27,716 nt of DNA from Candidatus Zixiibacteriota bacterium (lineage in GTDB: Bacteria; Zixibacteria; MSB-5A5; WJJR01). The stretch spans positions 1 to 27,716 of the forward strand of contig JAVHPP010000164.1 of NCBI GenBank assembly GCA_036170655.1, written 5' to 3'. The notes below the pieces were generated by a model. That model was given only the letters and a program-made list of their open reading frames with translations, was not told the DNA's origin and made no database searches. The stretch's first letter is position 1. The number at the start of each line of letters is the position of its first letter. The position numbers and the translations under genes are program-made. Below, one piece after another: positions 27,378-27,716 of the stretch.

Positions 27378-27716
27378 TTAAAGATCGGCCGAACGCCGCG
27401 CTGCGTCCGCCACATGGTCAATCTGCGCATCCGTCAACTCGGCAAACATGGGCAGCGAAACAATGCGGCCAGCCAACCGCTCGGTCACCGGGAACGATGG
27501 CCAGCGACGATGCGCATAGGCCTTCTGCCGATGAATGGGGATCGGGTAGTGGATGAGTGTGCCAATCCCTTCTTCCTTCAGATCCTCCTGAAAACGGGAG
27601 CGATCGTCCACCTGCACGATGAAAAGATGGTACACGGATTGCGCGTCGTCATCAGCCGGGGGAAGCATAAGATTCGCGCCCGCCAGCCGCTGGCGATAGC
27701 GATCGGCATGCGCACG
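27378..27716 (-). CDS. DegT/DnrJ/EryC1/StrS family aminotransferase, C-terminal part (truncated by window edge)
   Basis: The frame is open to the window end; SVYHLFIV, GIGTLIHYPIPIHRQKAY and SLPMFAEL motifs. Confidence 0.9.
   Translation of the reverse strand, partial: RAHADRYRQRLAGANLMLPPADDDAQSVYHLFIVQVDDRSRFQEDLKEEGIGTLIHYPIPIHRQKAYAHRRWPSFPVTERLAGRIVSLPMFAELTDAQIDHVADAARRSADL

Noticed and set aside
1..27716. CRISPR arrays, tRNA/rRNA genes, riboswitches, transposases, defence or phage genes
   Set aside because: None was recognisable by eye. Intergenic gaps are short and largely explained; a covariance-model search (Infernal/Rfam) would be needed to exclude small RNAs.

Overview
A GC-rich bacterial core-genome window with 26 supported CDSs, 24 of them on the minus strand. 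From right to left the minus strand carries: (i) a lipid-carrier glycosylation cluster (partial DegT-family aminotransferase, GT-C+TPR membrane glycosyltransferase, ArnC-like GT2 with a ~200-aa disordered tail, GT4, LPG-synthase-TM/flippase-like protein, DPM1/Ppm1-like GT2, WbbL-like GT2, WecA/TagO); (ii) directly following, accA, Trm112, a PtsN-like EIIA, mreC, mreD and mrdA, with no mreB; (iii) rodA, comF, xerD and a pseudo-receiver GGDEF gene; (iv) ecfT, truA, tal, purB, psd and pssA. Two genes lie on the plus strand: a second GT-C+TPR gene, and an exported low-complexity protein of unknown function that separates mrdA from rodA. I found no CRISPR array, RNA gene, transposase or prophage. 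There are two REP-like palindromic elements, one clear intrinsic terminator and two apparent leaderless sigma70 promoters. The best candidate for an undescribed system is a polyprenol-phosphate-sugar-dependent, TPR-guided (TMTC/PMT-like) protein or surface glycosylation pathway. This is an inference from gene content, not a demonstrated function. All family calls come from recognising motifs by eye; no database search was run.
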